This document shows positions 1-8,291 of a stretch of 54,188 nucleotides of DNA, in pieces (positions within the stretch are counted from its first letter, which is position 1; the number at the start of each line of letters is the position of its first letter). The stretch spans positions 2,776 through 56,963 of the forward strand of contig CAZXOC010000007.1 of NCBI GenBank assembly GCA_964642165.1, in the 5' to 3' direction. Made by a program: the position numbers and the translations under genes. The notes under the pieces were generated by a model, which saw only the letters and a program-made list of their open reading frames with translations, searched no databases and had not been told where the DNA came from. The stretch comes from an uncultured Planctomycetaceae bacterium (lineage in GTDB: Bacteria > Planctomycetota > Phycisphaerae > SM23-33).

Positions 1-1709
1 GCGTTGTAGCGGACCAGCGGCACGCCCTTGCCGATCGCCATCACGTTGCCCCGCACGAGGTTCTTGCCGGCCTTGTGGAAGCGCAGCGGGCTGCGAACCG
101 TGCCGTAGATGACGTTGCCCTCGATGACGATCTCGGTCGTGCCCTCGTCGAGGAACATGCCGTTGCTCTCCGCCCGCCCCGCGTTGAGGGGCACGTCGTG
201 GATCCAGTTGCCGCGAAGGGCCGTCCCCGGCTGCCAGCCGAGCGTGTAGATGCCCCCGCCGTCGGAGAGGATCTGCATCACATGGTGGATGTGGTTGTGC
301 TCGACGACGTTGGCCTTGCAGGGCGTGGGGCGCGGGTTCCACATCCAGCCGACGGACACGCCCGTGTAGGGGTGGTGGGCGATCTCGTTGTGGGCGATGC
401 GGTTGTTGTCGCTGAGGCCCACCCACACGCCGACGGCGCCGTAGTAGAGCGCGCCGCACTGCTCGACGACGCTGTTCTCGAGGGCGTTGGCGCCGGCCAG
501 CTCGTCGCCCTTGGCCGCGCCGGCCTCCCCGAGCATCACGCCGTTGCCGCCCGCGCCGGTGATCCGGCAGGCGACGATGGCGTTGTCGCGGCTGCCCCTG
601 GCCAGCCAGATGCCCGCCCCGCCGACGCGGCGCACGGCGCAGCGTTCGAAGCGGCAGTCGCGCGCGAACTCGACGTGCACGGCGGCCGTCATGGCGCTCC
701 AGCCCCACCCCTTCCGCGGCGGCGTGGCCCAGTGGAAGCACGCCTGCCCGCCGGCGTAGCGCACACCGGCCGGGGCCCACGCGCAGTGCTCGAACGTCAG
801 ACCGACGAACCGCAGGTTCCGCACGGGCCTGCCCGCCTCGCCGCGGATGACCAGGAGCTGCTTCGCCACCGGGGCGACGGCGTCGACGTCGCGCAGCCGC
901 GCGCCGGCCCGCGGGCGGAAGGTCAGCACGCCGGTCTTGCGGTCGAGGTGCCACTCGCCCGTTGCGTCGAGCAGCTCCGGCGCGCCTTCGAGGAAGTAGC
1001 GCGGGCGGGGCTCGAAGCCGTTGATGCGCCAGAAGCCCGACGGGCCGCCGATGCTCTGGGCCGTGGTCAGCGTGCGGGCCTTGGGGTCGATGCTCTTGAC
1101 GGGCGTGCGGGAGATGCTCCAGTCGTGGAGCAGGACGAGCTCGGCCGCCGCGGGATCGGCGATCGCGGGCAGGTCGCCCGGGGCGAACTGGAAGCTGTGG
1201 CGGTCGTCGATGACCTTCGCCACGCGGCGGTAGCCCCGGTTCGGGTGGCGGGCGCGGGTCGCTCGCCTGCCGGCGACGAACAGCTCGTTGAACGGCCACT
1301 TGCCGCCCTTCGCCTCGGGCAGCGTGACGTGCCAGACGCCGCCGGCGCCGCGGGTCCAGCCGGTGATCGCGCGCCCGCCGCTGAAGACCGGGCGCTCGCC
1401 GGGCGCCGCGGCGTAGGTGACGGCGTGCTCGGCCGTGCCGGAGTCGCGGGCGTCGAAGACGACCGGCTCGGCCAAGCGGTACGTCCCGCCGCGGACGAGG
1501 ACGGTGACGTCGGCCTTCAGCCCGGCGGCGATCCGCTCGCGCACGGCGTCGCGCGCCCGGGCCAGCGTGGCGAACGGCCGGGCCTTCGTGCCCGCACCGG
1601 CGTCGCTGCCGGCGGGGCTGACGTGGAAGCTCGCGCGCGGGGCGGCCCGCGCCACCGCCCAGCAGGCCCACAGGACGACGACGGCTGCACAGAATGCACG
1701 CTGGATCAT
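1..1709 (-). CDS. Secreted right-handed parallel beta-helix protein, GH141-like glycoside hydrolase; 3' end truncated by the window edge
   Basis: Not in the ORF track because it runs off the edge. Manual translation from ATG at 1709 gives MIQRAFCAAVVVLWACWAVARAAPRASFHVSPAGSDAGAGTKARPFATLARARDAVRE (signal peptide plus the HVSPxGxD...PFATLxxA start typical of beta-helix enzymes). Later motifs are HNEIAHHPYTGVSVGWMW and LSDGGGIYTLGWQPG. It abuts the stop of the upstream gene at 1710. Confidence 0.8.
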   Translation of the reverse strand, partial: MIQRAFCAAVVVLWACWAVARAAPRASFHVSPAGSDAGAGTKARPFATLARARDAVRERIAAGLKADVTVLVRGGTYRLAEPVVFDARDSGTAEHAVTYAAAPGERPVFSGGRAITGWTRGAGGVWHVTLPEAKGGKWPFNELFVAGRRATRARHPNRGYRRVAKVIDDRHSFQFAPGDLPAIADPAAAELVLLHDWSISRTPVKSIDPKARTLTTAQSIGGPSGFWRINGFEPRPRYFLEGAPELLDATGEWHLDRKTGVLTFRPRAGARLRDVDAVAPVAKQLLVIRGEAGRPVRNLRFVGLTFEHCAWAPAGVRYAGGQACFHWATPPRKGWGWSAMTAAVHVEFARDCRFERCAVRRVGGAGIWLARGSRDNAIVACRITGAGGNGVMLGEAGAAKGDELAGANALENSVVEQCGALYYGAVGVWVGLSDNNRIAHNEIAHHPYTGVSVGWMWNPRPTPCKANVVEHNHIHHVMQILSDGGGIYTLGWQPGTALRGNWIHDVPLNAGRAESNGMFLDEGTTEIVIEGNVIYGTVRSPLRFHKAGKNLVRGNVMAIGKGVPLVRYN

Positions 1710-2495
1710 CTATTGCTCCTTCTCGCCCTTGGGGGCGGGTTTGGTCGCGGGCGCGGCCTTCGCGGCCCGGACGGTTCGCCAGGCGACGTCCTGGAGGAAC
1801 TTCGCCTCGCCCGCCCGGAGGCTCAGCAGGCCGCCCGTGCTGCGCCCGCGCGGGTCGCGCCCGGTCAACACGGCGTAGAACACGCACGCGGCGAGGTAGG
1901 TGCCGCGTTCGTTGGGGTGCGAGCGGTCGCGCCGGTGCAGTGCGAGCTTGGGCCGCTCGCGCAGGGCCGTCTGCCACGCCCGCCCGACGGGCGCCACGCC
2001 GGCGCCCAGCTCCTTCGCCACGGCGCGGTACCGCCGGGAGAGCGGCTCGATCATCTCCGGCTTGTGCCGGCGCGCCCAGGTCATGAACAGGACGGTGCGC
2101 CCGCCGACCTTGCGGACCTCGGCGTGGATCTTGCGGGCGAACTCGGCCATCTTCGCCGGCTGGAGCACCGGGCCCATCGAGTGGTCCTGGAGGACCACGA
2201 CGTCCCAGCCGCCCCGGCGGATCTTCTTGACGCCGCCGCCGTCGGCCCAGTGGCGCTCCAGCGAGTAGCCGCCCTTCGTGTAGCTGTCGACGTGGATCTT
2301 CAGCGGCGGCTTCCCCGAGGCCGCCATTCGCCGCAGCACGGCCGGCAGGTCGTTGAAGAACGTGTAGCTGTTGCCGAGGAACAGCACGCGCTTCGGCGCG
2401 GCCGGCCGGGTCGTCGCCCCCGAGGCGCCCAGCGCGCCAACACACGCCGCCGTCGCCGCCAGACCGATCCGTCGCATCGCGGTGCCCTTTCGCAT
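1710..2495 (-). CDS. SGNH/GDSL-family hydrolase (esterase, DUF4886-like), secreted
   Basis: RVLFLGNSYT (block I Ser), WDVVVLQDHS and DRSHP (DxxH) motifs; N-terminal signal peptide. The start may be MRRIG at 2477. Confidence 0.85.
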   Translation of the reverse strand: MRKGTAMRRIGLAATAACVGALGASGATTRPAAPKRVLFLGNSYTFFNDLPAVLRRMAASGKPPLKIHVDSYTKGGYSLERHWADGGGVKKIRRGGWDVVVLQDHSMGPVLQPAKMAEFARKIHAEVRKVGGRTVLFMTWARRHKPEMIEPLSRRYRAVAKELGAGVAPVGRAWQTALRERPKLALHRRDRSHPNERGTYLAACVFYAVLTGRDPRGRSTGGLLSLRAGEAKFLQDVAWRTVRAAKAAPATKPAPKGEKEQ

Positions 2496-2563
2496 CCGCC
2501 GCGCCGCCCTCGCGGCGGCGGCAGCGGGCGTGAGAATACCACAATCGGCGAGGCGTTCCTGCC

Positions 2564-2593
2564 TTGACTTGCCCGCCGGGCATCCCGTACAAG
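2564..2593 (+). promoter_or_regulatory. Possible sigma70 promoter for xylA
   Basis: TTGACT-18 nt-TACAAG upstream of xylA, in the divergent intergenic gap. Confidence 0.4.
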
Positions 2594-2669
2594 GGGAATC
2601 CGGGCAGGCGAGAGAGGTTCGCCTCGCCGCCGGTTCATTCGCAACGCCTTTTCCCGAAGGAACTTAGCC

Positions 2670-3983
2670 ATGGCTACCGAGTACTTCCCGGGGGTGGACG
2701 GCATCGCGTACGAGGGCCCCGACAGCAAGAACCCCCTGGCCTTCAAGCACTACGACGCCGAGGAGCAGGTGGAAGGCAAGGCCATGGCGGACCACCTGCG
2801 GTTCAGCGTGGCGTACTGGCATTCGTTCTGCAACGGCGGGGCCGACCAGTTCGGCGTCGCGACGCGCCAGATGCCCTGGGCCGACGACGATCCCCTCGCC
2901 GAGGCCCGCAACAAGGTGGCCGCGTGCTTCGAGTTCTGCCGGAAGCTCGGCGTGCGGTTCTTCTGCTTCCACGACCGCGACGTCGCGCCCGAGGGCGACA
3001 GCCTCGCCGAGGCCAACCGCAACCTCGACGAGATCGCCGCGCTCATCCGGGAGCAGCAGGAGGCCACCGGCGTCCGGGTGCTGTGGGGCACGGCGTGCCT
3101 GTTCAACCACCCGCGCTACATGCACGGGGCGGCCACGAGCTGCAACGCCGACGTCTTCGCCTACGCCGCCGCCCAGGTCGCCAAGGCCCTGGAGGTCACC
3201 CAGTCGCTCGGCGGGCAGGGGTACGTCTTCTGGGGCGGGCGCGAGGGCTACACGAGCCTGCTCAACACGGACATGGGTCGGGAGCTGGACCACCTGGCCC
3301 GCTTCCTCCACATGGCGGTGGACTACAAGAAGGAGATCGGCTTCGAGGGGCAGTTCTACATCGAGCCCAAGCCGAAGGAGCCCACGAAGCACCAGTACGA
3401 CAGCGACGCGGCGGCGTGCTACGCGTTCCTCCAGAAGTACGGCCTGGTGGACCACCTGAAGCTGAACATCGAGGCGAACCACGGCACGCTGGCGGGGCAC
3501 ACGTTCCAGCACGAGCTGACGTTCGCGGCGGCCAACGGCATCCTCGGCTCGATCGACGCCAACCGCGGCGACCTGCTGCTGGGCTGGGACACCGACCAGT
3601 TCCCCACGGACCTGTACGACACGACGTTCGCGATGCTGACCGTGCTGGGGATGGGCGGCTTCACCACGGGCGGGCTGAACTTCGACGCCCACGTCCGGCG
3701 GACGAGCTTCGAGCCGGTGGACCTCTTCCACGCCCACATCGGCGGGATGGACGCCTTCGCCCGGGGGCTGAAGATCGCCGCGGCGATCCGCGCCGACGGC
3801 GCGCTGAGCGACTTCGTCCAGCAGCGCTACGCGAGCTGGGACTCGGGGCTCGGCGCGGAGATCGAGGCGGGCGGCAAGAGCATGAAGGACCTGGCCGAGT
3901 ACATGGGCGAGAAGGGCAACCCCGATCCGAACGCCTCCGGGCGGATCGAGATGCTCGAGAACCTGCTGAACGAATACATCTGA
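2670..3983 (+). CDS. xylA: Xylose isomerase (class II)
   Basis: 437 aa with [54 protein letters not shown] and GGLNFDA motifs; RBS-like GAAGGA upstream. Confidence 0.97.
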   Translation: MATEYFPGVDGIAYEGPDSKNPLAFKHYDAEEQVEGKAMADHLRFSVAYWHSFCNGGADQFGVATRQMPWADDDPLAEARNKVAACFEFCRKLGVRFFCFHDRDVAPEGDSLAEANRNLDEIAALIREQQEATGVRVLWGTACLFNHPRYMHGAATSCNADVFAYAAAQVAKALEVTQSLGGQGYVFWGGREGYTSLLNTDMGRELDHLARFLHMAVDYKKEIGFEGQFYIEPKPKEPTKHQYDSDAAACYAFLQKYGLVDHLKLNIEANHGTLAGHTFQHELTFAAANGILGSIDANRGDLLLGWDTDQFPTDLYDTTFAMLTVLGMGGFTTGGLNFDAHVRRTSFEPVDLFHAHIGGMDAFARGLKIAAAIRADGALSDFVQQRYASWDSGLGAEIEAGGKSMKDLAEYMGEKGNPDPNASGRIEMLENLLNEYI

Positions 3984-4014
3984 GCGTCACCGAGCCAGTC
4001 ACCACGTTGTACGC

Positions 4015-4053
4015 GGGGAGCCCACCCGCAGCCCTCGGGTGGGTTTTCCCTTT
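4015..4053 (+). terminator. Rho-independent terminator-like hairpin after xylA
   Basis: Stem CCCACCCG (4021-4028) / CGGGTGGG (4036-4043) with a 7-nt loop, followed by TTTTCCCTTT. Confidence 0.7.
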
Positions 4054-4079
4054 GCGGGGGGCGGAAAGGACCGCAGCAC

Positions 4080-4238
4080 ATGGCCAAGAGTCATCGAGGC
4101 AAGGGCGTTCGCGGCATGCCGGCCAGCGGACGCAGCACCTGCCCCGTCTGCAAGCGCACGGGCGTGAAGGTGCTCTGGGAGCGCGAGGTGGACGGTAAGA
4201 AGGTCCACGTCTGCAAGCGCTGCAAGCCGAAGAAGTGA
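4080..4238 (+). CDS. 52-aa basic zinc-ribbon mini-protein (CxxC...CxxC), function unknown
   Basis: Below the ORF-track cutoff. MAKSHRGKGVRGMPASGRSTCPVCKRTGVKVLWEREVDGKKVHVCKRCKPKK*, with GAAAGGA RBS just upstream of the ATG and GC3-rich codons matching the host. Confidence 0.8.
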   Translation: MAKSHRGKGVRGMPASGRSTCPVCKRTGVKVLWEREVDGKKVHVCKRCKPKK

Positions 4239-4311
4239 TCCGCCCCCCGGCGCCGCCCCGCCGGCTGCGCGCGACACCGGGCGCTCGCCGGGCCGGGGAG
4301 TCGGCGCGCCG

Positions 4312-4482
4312 TCACTTGCGCGGGCGCGTCAGGCGCTTCGGAGGAAACGACACCTTCTTCCGGGGGTCCTTGCGCTCCAGTTCCTTCATCGCGTCGAACA
4401 GCGCGTCGAGGTCGTGCCCGTACTCCGCGAAGATCTCCTCCCTCGCGCGCCGGACCTCTTGGACGATCGGGTCCTCATGCAT
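4312..4482 (-). CDS. 56-aa putative antitoxin, partner of the upstream PIN toxin
   Basis: Manual translation MHEDPIVQEVRRAREEIFAEYGHDLDALFDAMKELERKDPRKKVSFPPKRLTRPRK*. Its start overlaps the PIN gene stop by 8 nt. DPIVxEVRxxRE-type small proteins typically follow this PIN subfamily. Confidence 0.75.
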   Translation of the reverse strand: MHEDPIVQEVRRAREEIFAEYGHDLDALFDAMKELERKDPRKKVSFPPKRLTRPRK

Positions 4483-4957
4483 TTCCGGGCTCCAGTAGCT
4501 GCGCCGGCGTGCAGATAACCGGGCATTCGTATCCGCGCTCCTCGATGACCGCCACCGTTCCTTTCACGATCCGGGCGTTGGCGATATGGGTGCAGTTCCA
4601 CGTCAGGAGGAAGTCCAGCCCTTCCGCCGCCGCGATGGCGATGTGAAGCGCATCGGCGTCGGCCTTCGGGGGCATGGGGCCGTCCTCGACCAATGCGCGG
4701 GCCAGTTGACGGGCCTGCTCCGTCATCTCCAACAGCGGGATGCCCTGGAGGGTATCCAGGCGCGCCCGCGATGCGTTCCGGTCGCCCCGGCGCGCCTCCT
4801 GATGGACGAGCGTCGAGACGTACAACTCATGATCGCCTCTTCGCAGGCGCCACCAGTCCCGCGTGATCTGCTGGTGGGCCGCGACGATGAGGTCGCGGCT
4901 GGGCTCGGACGCCAGGTAGCTGATCACGCTGGTCTCGATGTAGACCCTGGGCTTCAT
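4475..4957 (-). CDS. PIN-domain (VapC-like) type II toxin / ribonuclease
   Basis: VYIETSVISYL, DALHIAIA and LLTWNCTHIAN motifs of PIN domains; 160 aa. Confidence 0.9.
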   Translation of the reverse strand: MKPRVYIETSVISYLASEPSRDLIVAAHQQITRDWWRLRRGDHELYVSTLVHQEARRGDRNASRARLDTLQGIPLLEMTEQARQLARALVEDGPMPPKADADALHIAIAAAEGLDFLLTWNCTHIANARIVKGTVAVIEERGYECPVICTPAQLLEPGNA

Positions 4958-4963
4958 AGCTGT

Positions 4964-4972
4964 ATTCTAACA
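4964..4972 (-). promoter_or_regulatory. Extended -10 promoter (TGt-TAGAAT) for a probably leaderless PIN transcript
   Basis: Minus strand reads TGT TAGAAT ACAGCT ATG: only 6 nt between the -10 and the start codon, and no RBS. Confidence 0.6.
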
Positions 4973-5047
4973 CGGTGTCGGCGTCCCGGCCCGGGGCAAT
5001 CGCCGGCGCGGCGCGAGCGGATCGGCCCGGACCCGGAGACCCATCCC

Positions 5048-5854
5048 ATGCCCCCGAAGCGCGACTGGTTCGAAACGTTCTTCGACGCGACGTACGGCAA
5101 GGTGCTCGCGGGGCAGTTCGACGAGTCCCGCTCGCGGGAGCACGCCCGCATCGTCAAGCGCCTGCTGGGCGTCCGCAAGGGGGCTCGCGTGCTGGACGTC
5201 CCCTGCGGCGTCGGGCGGCTGACGATCCCGCTGGCCGAGATGGGCCTCGCGATGACCGGCGTGGACTTCGCGGCGGGGTACCTGCAACGCGCCCGGCGCG
5301 AGGCACGCCGGCGCGGCCTGGCGATCCGCTTCGTCTGCCGCGACATGCGCGAGATCGCCTTCGACGCCGAGTTCGACGCGGCGTTCAACTTCTTCGGCAG
5401 CATCGGCTACTTCGCCGACGCCGGGAACGTGCGCTTCTGCCGCCGGGCGTGGGCGGCCCTGAGGCCCGGAGGGCGCTTCCTCGTGGAGGGCATGAACCGG
5501 TCGTGGCTGCTGAGCCACTTCCGGCCGGACCACGAGCACCAGATCGGCCGCGTCCGCGTGACCATCCGCAACCGGTTCGACAAGCGGACCGGGCGCGTCG
5601 AGGCCGACTGGACCTTCCACCGGAAGGCGGGCCGTCGGCGGCGCCGCATCTCCATGCGCATCTACAACGGCGCCGAGATGCGCGCGATGCTTCGCGAGGC
5701 GGGCTTCCGCGAGGTCCGCCTGTTCGGCTACCCCCCGCTGGGGCGCTTCAGCCGCCACAGCCGGCGTCTGCTCGCCGTCGCGCGGCGGCCGCCCCTCAAC
5801 TGGAGTCGTCCAGGATCTTCACCGTCTCGCCGGTGCGCCACAAGATCGGGGTGA
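5048..5854 (+). CDS. Class I SAM-dependent methyltransferase
   Basis: Start MPPKRDWFETFFD at 5048 (the ORF-track start at 4586 is a spurious extension). Motif I VLDVPCGVGR, MTGVD, FVCRDMR, FDAAFNFFGSIGYF, LRPGGRF. The 3' end overlaps the convergent gene by 59 nt. Confidence 0.9.
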   Translation: MPPKRDWFETFFDATYGKVLAGQFDESRSREHARIVKRLLGVRKGARVLDVPCGVGRLTIPLAEMGLAMTGVDFAAGYLQRARREARRRGLAIRFVCRDMREIAFDAEFDAAFNFFGSIGYFADAGNVRFCRRAWAALRPGGRFLVEGMNRSWLLSHFRPDHEHQIGRVRVTIRNRFDKRTGRVEADWTFHRKAGRRRRRISMRIYNGAEMRAMLREAGFREVRLFGYPPLGRFSRHSRRLLAVARRPPLNWSRPGSSPSRRCATRSG

Positions 5855-8168
5855 TCGGGCTGCCCGGCACGTCGGGCAGCTTGACGCTCTTCCATCGTCC
5901 GGTGAGCATCCGGAGGCGCAGTTGGTGGAACTCGACCTCGGCTTGGTGCGCTCCGATGCCGATGACCTCGGCGTGCCAGACGCCCCAGTGCGGGTTGAGG
6001 GCGAGCCTCGCCGGCGGCCCCCGCCACTGCATCAGCTCCTTGCCGTCCAGCGCGGCGCGGAGCTCCACGTCGTCGCCGCGACGGCGGACCGTGACGCGGA
6101 GGCGGTGCAGCGTGTGGTTGGCCAGGCGGGGGCGGCCCTTGGCGGGCAGGTCCTGCTCCCGCCCGTCGACGTTCTGGAGCTGGACCGTGCCTTCCGGCCC
6201 GAGCAGCGTGAGCATGACGCCCGTGCCGGCGACCGGGAGGATGAAGTTGACCTCGGCCTTGTCCGTCGCCTTCTTGCGGAGGACGTCGGCGACGAGCTCG
6301 TAGTCGCCCACCGGCGCGACGGGGATCGGCAGGCGGCACATCTCGCCGCTGGTCACGTGCAGCGCGGGGCCCACGCGCTGCCACCGCCCCACTACCGGCT
6401 GGACCTTCGGGCGGGCGCGCCCCAGCAGGTCCGCAGCCGCGCCCAAGCCCGGCGCCGCGGGGCCCGCCTCCAGCTCCGCGGCGTCGGCCTCGGCCTCGGC
6501 GGCCGCCTTCCGCATCCGCCCGACGTACGCGCGGTAGTACCCCAGCGTGCGTCGGCGCATCGCGGGCTTGCCTGCCTTGCCGGCCGCGTGGAAGAGACCG
6601 CGATACCACAGCGCCAGCCGCCGGAGGTCCGGCGTCTCGAGCTCATCGATGGGCCGTGCCGCCAGCGGGACGTTCCGCCGCCACGTCTCGTCGCAGCGCT
6701 CATCGAGGTACTTCGCCGCCGCGGCGGGGCTGTCCAACTCGACCACGTACGTGCGGATCAGCCGCTCCCGCGCGGCCCGGTCGTCGCCATCGGCCTTCAG
6801 GCGCGCCTTCAGGGCTCCCAGCTCCCGGTGCACGGCGGCCAGGCCGTCCACGCGCTGCTGCGCGGCCGCCATGGCCTCGGCCTCCGCCAACGACCCGACG
6901 AGGCGACCGAGCGCCTCGGCCCGGGCCTGCAGGCGTTTCGCCGCGTCGAAGTGGAGTTGGCGGGTCTCGGCGGCGGCCTCGGCGGCCAGCTCGCCGATCC
7001 GCCGCGCGGCCACGCGCCGGCTGGCGGCCAGGGCCTCGGCCTGCACGTCGGCCGCCGGACCGTGACGCCGAAGCTCCGCCAACGCCCGGATCGCCGCCTC
7101 CGAGCCGATCGCCTCCAGCAGGCGGAGGATCCGCGTGTAGGGCGCCCGTTCCTCGCCCGGCACGGAGAGGCGCCGGACCGCCGCGAGCAGCGCCTCGATG
7201 CGGCTGCGGGCCTCCGGGCCGCACTTGCCCTTCAGGCTCTCCCGCAGCACAGGCACGGCGGCCTGGCCGAGTTGGCGCAGCTTCTTCGCCGCCGCTTCGC
7301 GCTCGGCCCAGCGGTCGGCGCCCAGTGCCGCGACGAGCCGGCGAACCTCCGCCTCGTCGAGCTTCGGCGGGCGCAGGCGTGCGGCCAGGAAGTCCGCCGC
7401 CTGATCGCCGGCCGCCACGAGCGCCCACCGCGCCCGGAACGCCGCGACGGGGTCGTCGCCGTGCAGCGCCTTCCAGTGCGCCGCGAGTTGGGGCTCACCG
7501 AGTCGCTGCGGGCCGGGCAGGGCCTCCACGCGGACGTTGTCCAGCCCCCAGCTCTCGTCGTCCAGGTTCTGGAGGCCCTCGGCGGCGAAGACGAAGGTCA
7601 CCTCGCGCGCGGCGTGGGGGATGGCGAAGCTCAGCCGGTAGACGCCGTCGTGGCAGACCTGCCCCCCCTGGTGGACGTAGCCGAGCGTGGCGACCTCCGC
7701 CGCGCCGGTGCGGCGCTCGTGCTGCGGGCCCGGGTAGTCGTCCGGGAAGGACTGCCACCCAGCGTCGGGGGCGGGGTACTCGGCGAACGTGCAGTCGAGC
7801 AGCCGCGGGCCGCCCTCCACCCGGAGCCGCCAGACGTCCACGCCGCCCATCTTCCCGGCGCCGTCCCACGACGCGATGATGAACAGCTCGAAGCTCACGC
7901 GCAGGAAGCGGTGCGGCGGCAGGTCCTTCAGCGTCAGGCGCACCGTGTCGTTGCCGAACCGCCCCAGGAACCGCCGGCGCCCCTTGGGGGTGACCTCGGC
8001 CTTGGAGACGGACCACTCCGGGCCGACGCGGTCCTCGAAATCGGCGCGGTAGACCACGCTCCCCTTCGTGCCCGCCTTCGGCTCGGCCGCCGTCGACGCC
8101 GCCAGCCACGCCAGCCCCAACACCACCACCCCTCCGCGCACGACACCACGGCACCCTTGCGACGTCAT
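5796..8168 (-). CDS. Secreted multidomain hypothetical protein: N-terminal beta-sandwich, HEAT-like helical repeats, C-terminal ConA/lectin-like domain
   Basis: Signal peptide ending AASTAA; N-domain YRADFED...SWDG...DESWGLDNVRV; helical middle LGADRWAEREAAAKKL; beta-rich C-terminus. Host-like codon bias. Confidence 0.75.
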   Translation of the reverse strand: MTSQGCRGVVRGGVVVLGLAWLAASTAAEPKAGTKGSVVYRADFEDRVGPEWSVSKAEVTPKGRRRFLGRFGNDTVRLTLKDLPPHRFLRVSFELFIIASWDGAGKMGGVDVWRLRVEGGPRLLDCTFAEYPAPDAGWQSFPDDYPGPQHERRTGAAEVATLGYVHQGGQVCHDGVYRLSFAIPHAAREVTFVFAAEGLQNLDDESWGLDNVRVEALPGPQRLGEPQLAAHWKALHGDDPVAAFRARWALVAAGDQAADFLAARLRPPKLDEAEVRRLVAALGADRWAEREAAAKKLRQLGQAAVPVLRESLKGKCGPEARSRIEALLAAVRRLSVPGEERAPYTRILRLLEAIGSEAAIRALAELRRHGPAADVQAEALAASRRVAARRIGELAAEAAAETRQLHFDAAKRLQARAEALGRLVGSLAEAEAMAAAQQRVDGLAAVHRELGALKARLKADGDDRAARERLIRTYVVELDSPAAAAKYLDERCDETWRRNVPLAARPIDELETPDLRRLALWYRGLFHAAGKAGKPAMRRRTLGYYRAYVGRMRKAAAEAEADAAELEAGPAAPGLGAAADLLGRARPKVQPVVGRWQRVGPALHVTSGEMCRLPIPVAPVGDYELVADVLRKKATDKAEVNFILPVAGTGVMLTLLGPEGTVQLQNVDGREQDLPAKGRPRLANHTLHRLRVTVRRRGDDVELRAALDGKELMQWRGPPARLALNPHWGVWHAEVIGIGAHQAEVEFHQLRLRMLTGRWKSVKLPDVPGSPITPILWRTGETVKILDDSS

Positions 8169-8291
8169 GATCGTTCGCCCTTCCGCTGGTCCGCGCGCGC
8201 GGCGTCACCACCTGCTCATTGGACGCCCCATCGCGCGCCCGGTTCCCGCCAACGCGAAGCCGCCAAGCGGCGGAGGGACGGGGCACCGCGG

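Noticed and set aside
3984-4021. ZMP/ZTP riboswitch-like words (ACCAC...GGGGAGC; GTGACTGG)
   Set aside because: The words lie on opposite strands, and the downstream gene is unrelated to purine or folate metabolism.
4080-4238. Naming the mini-protein rpmB (bL28) or another standard r-protein
   Set aside because: Only the last ~12 residues are reminiscent; it lacks the bL28 GNxxSH...R.F.PN core.
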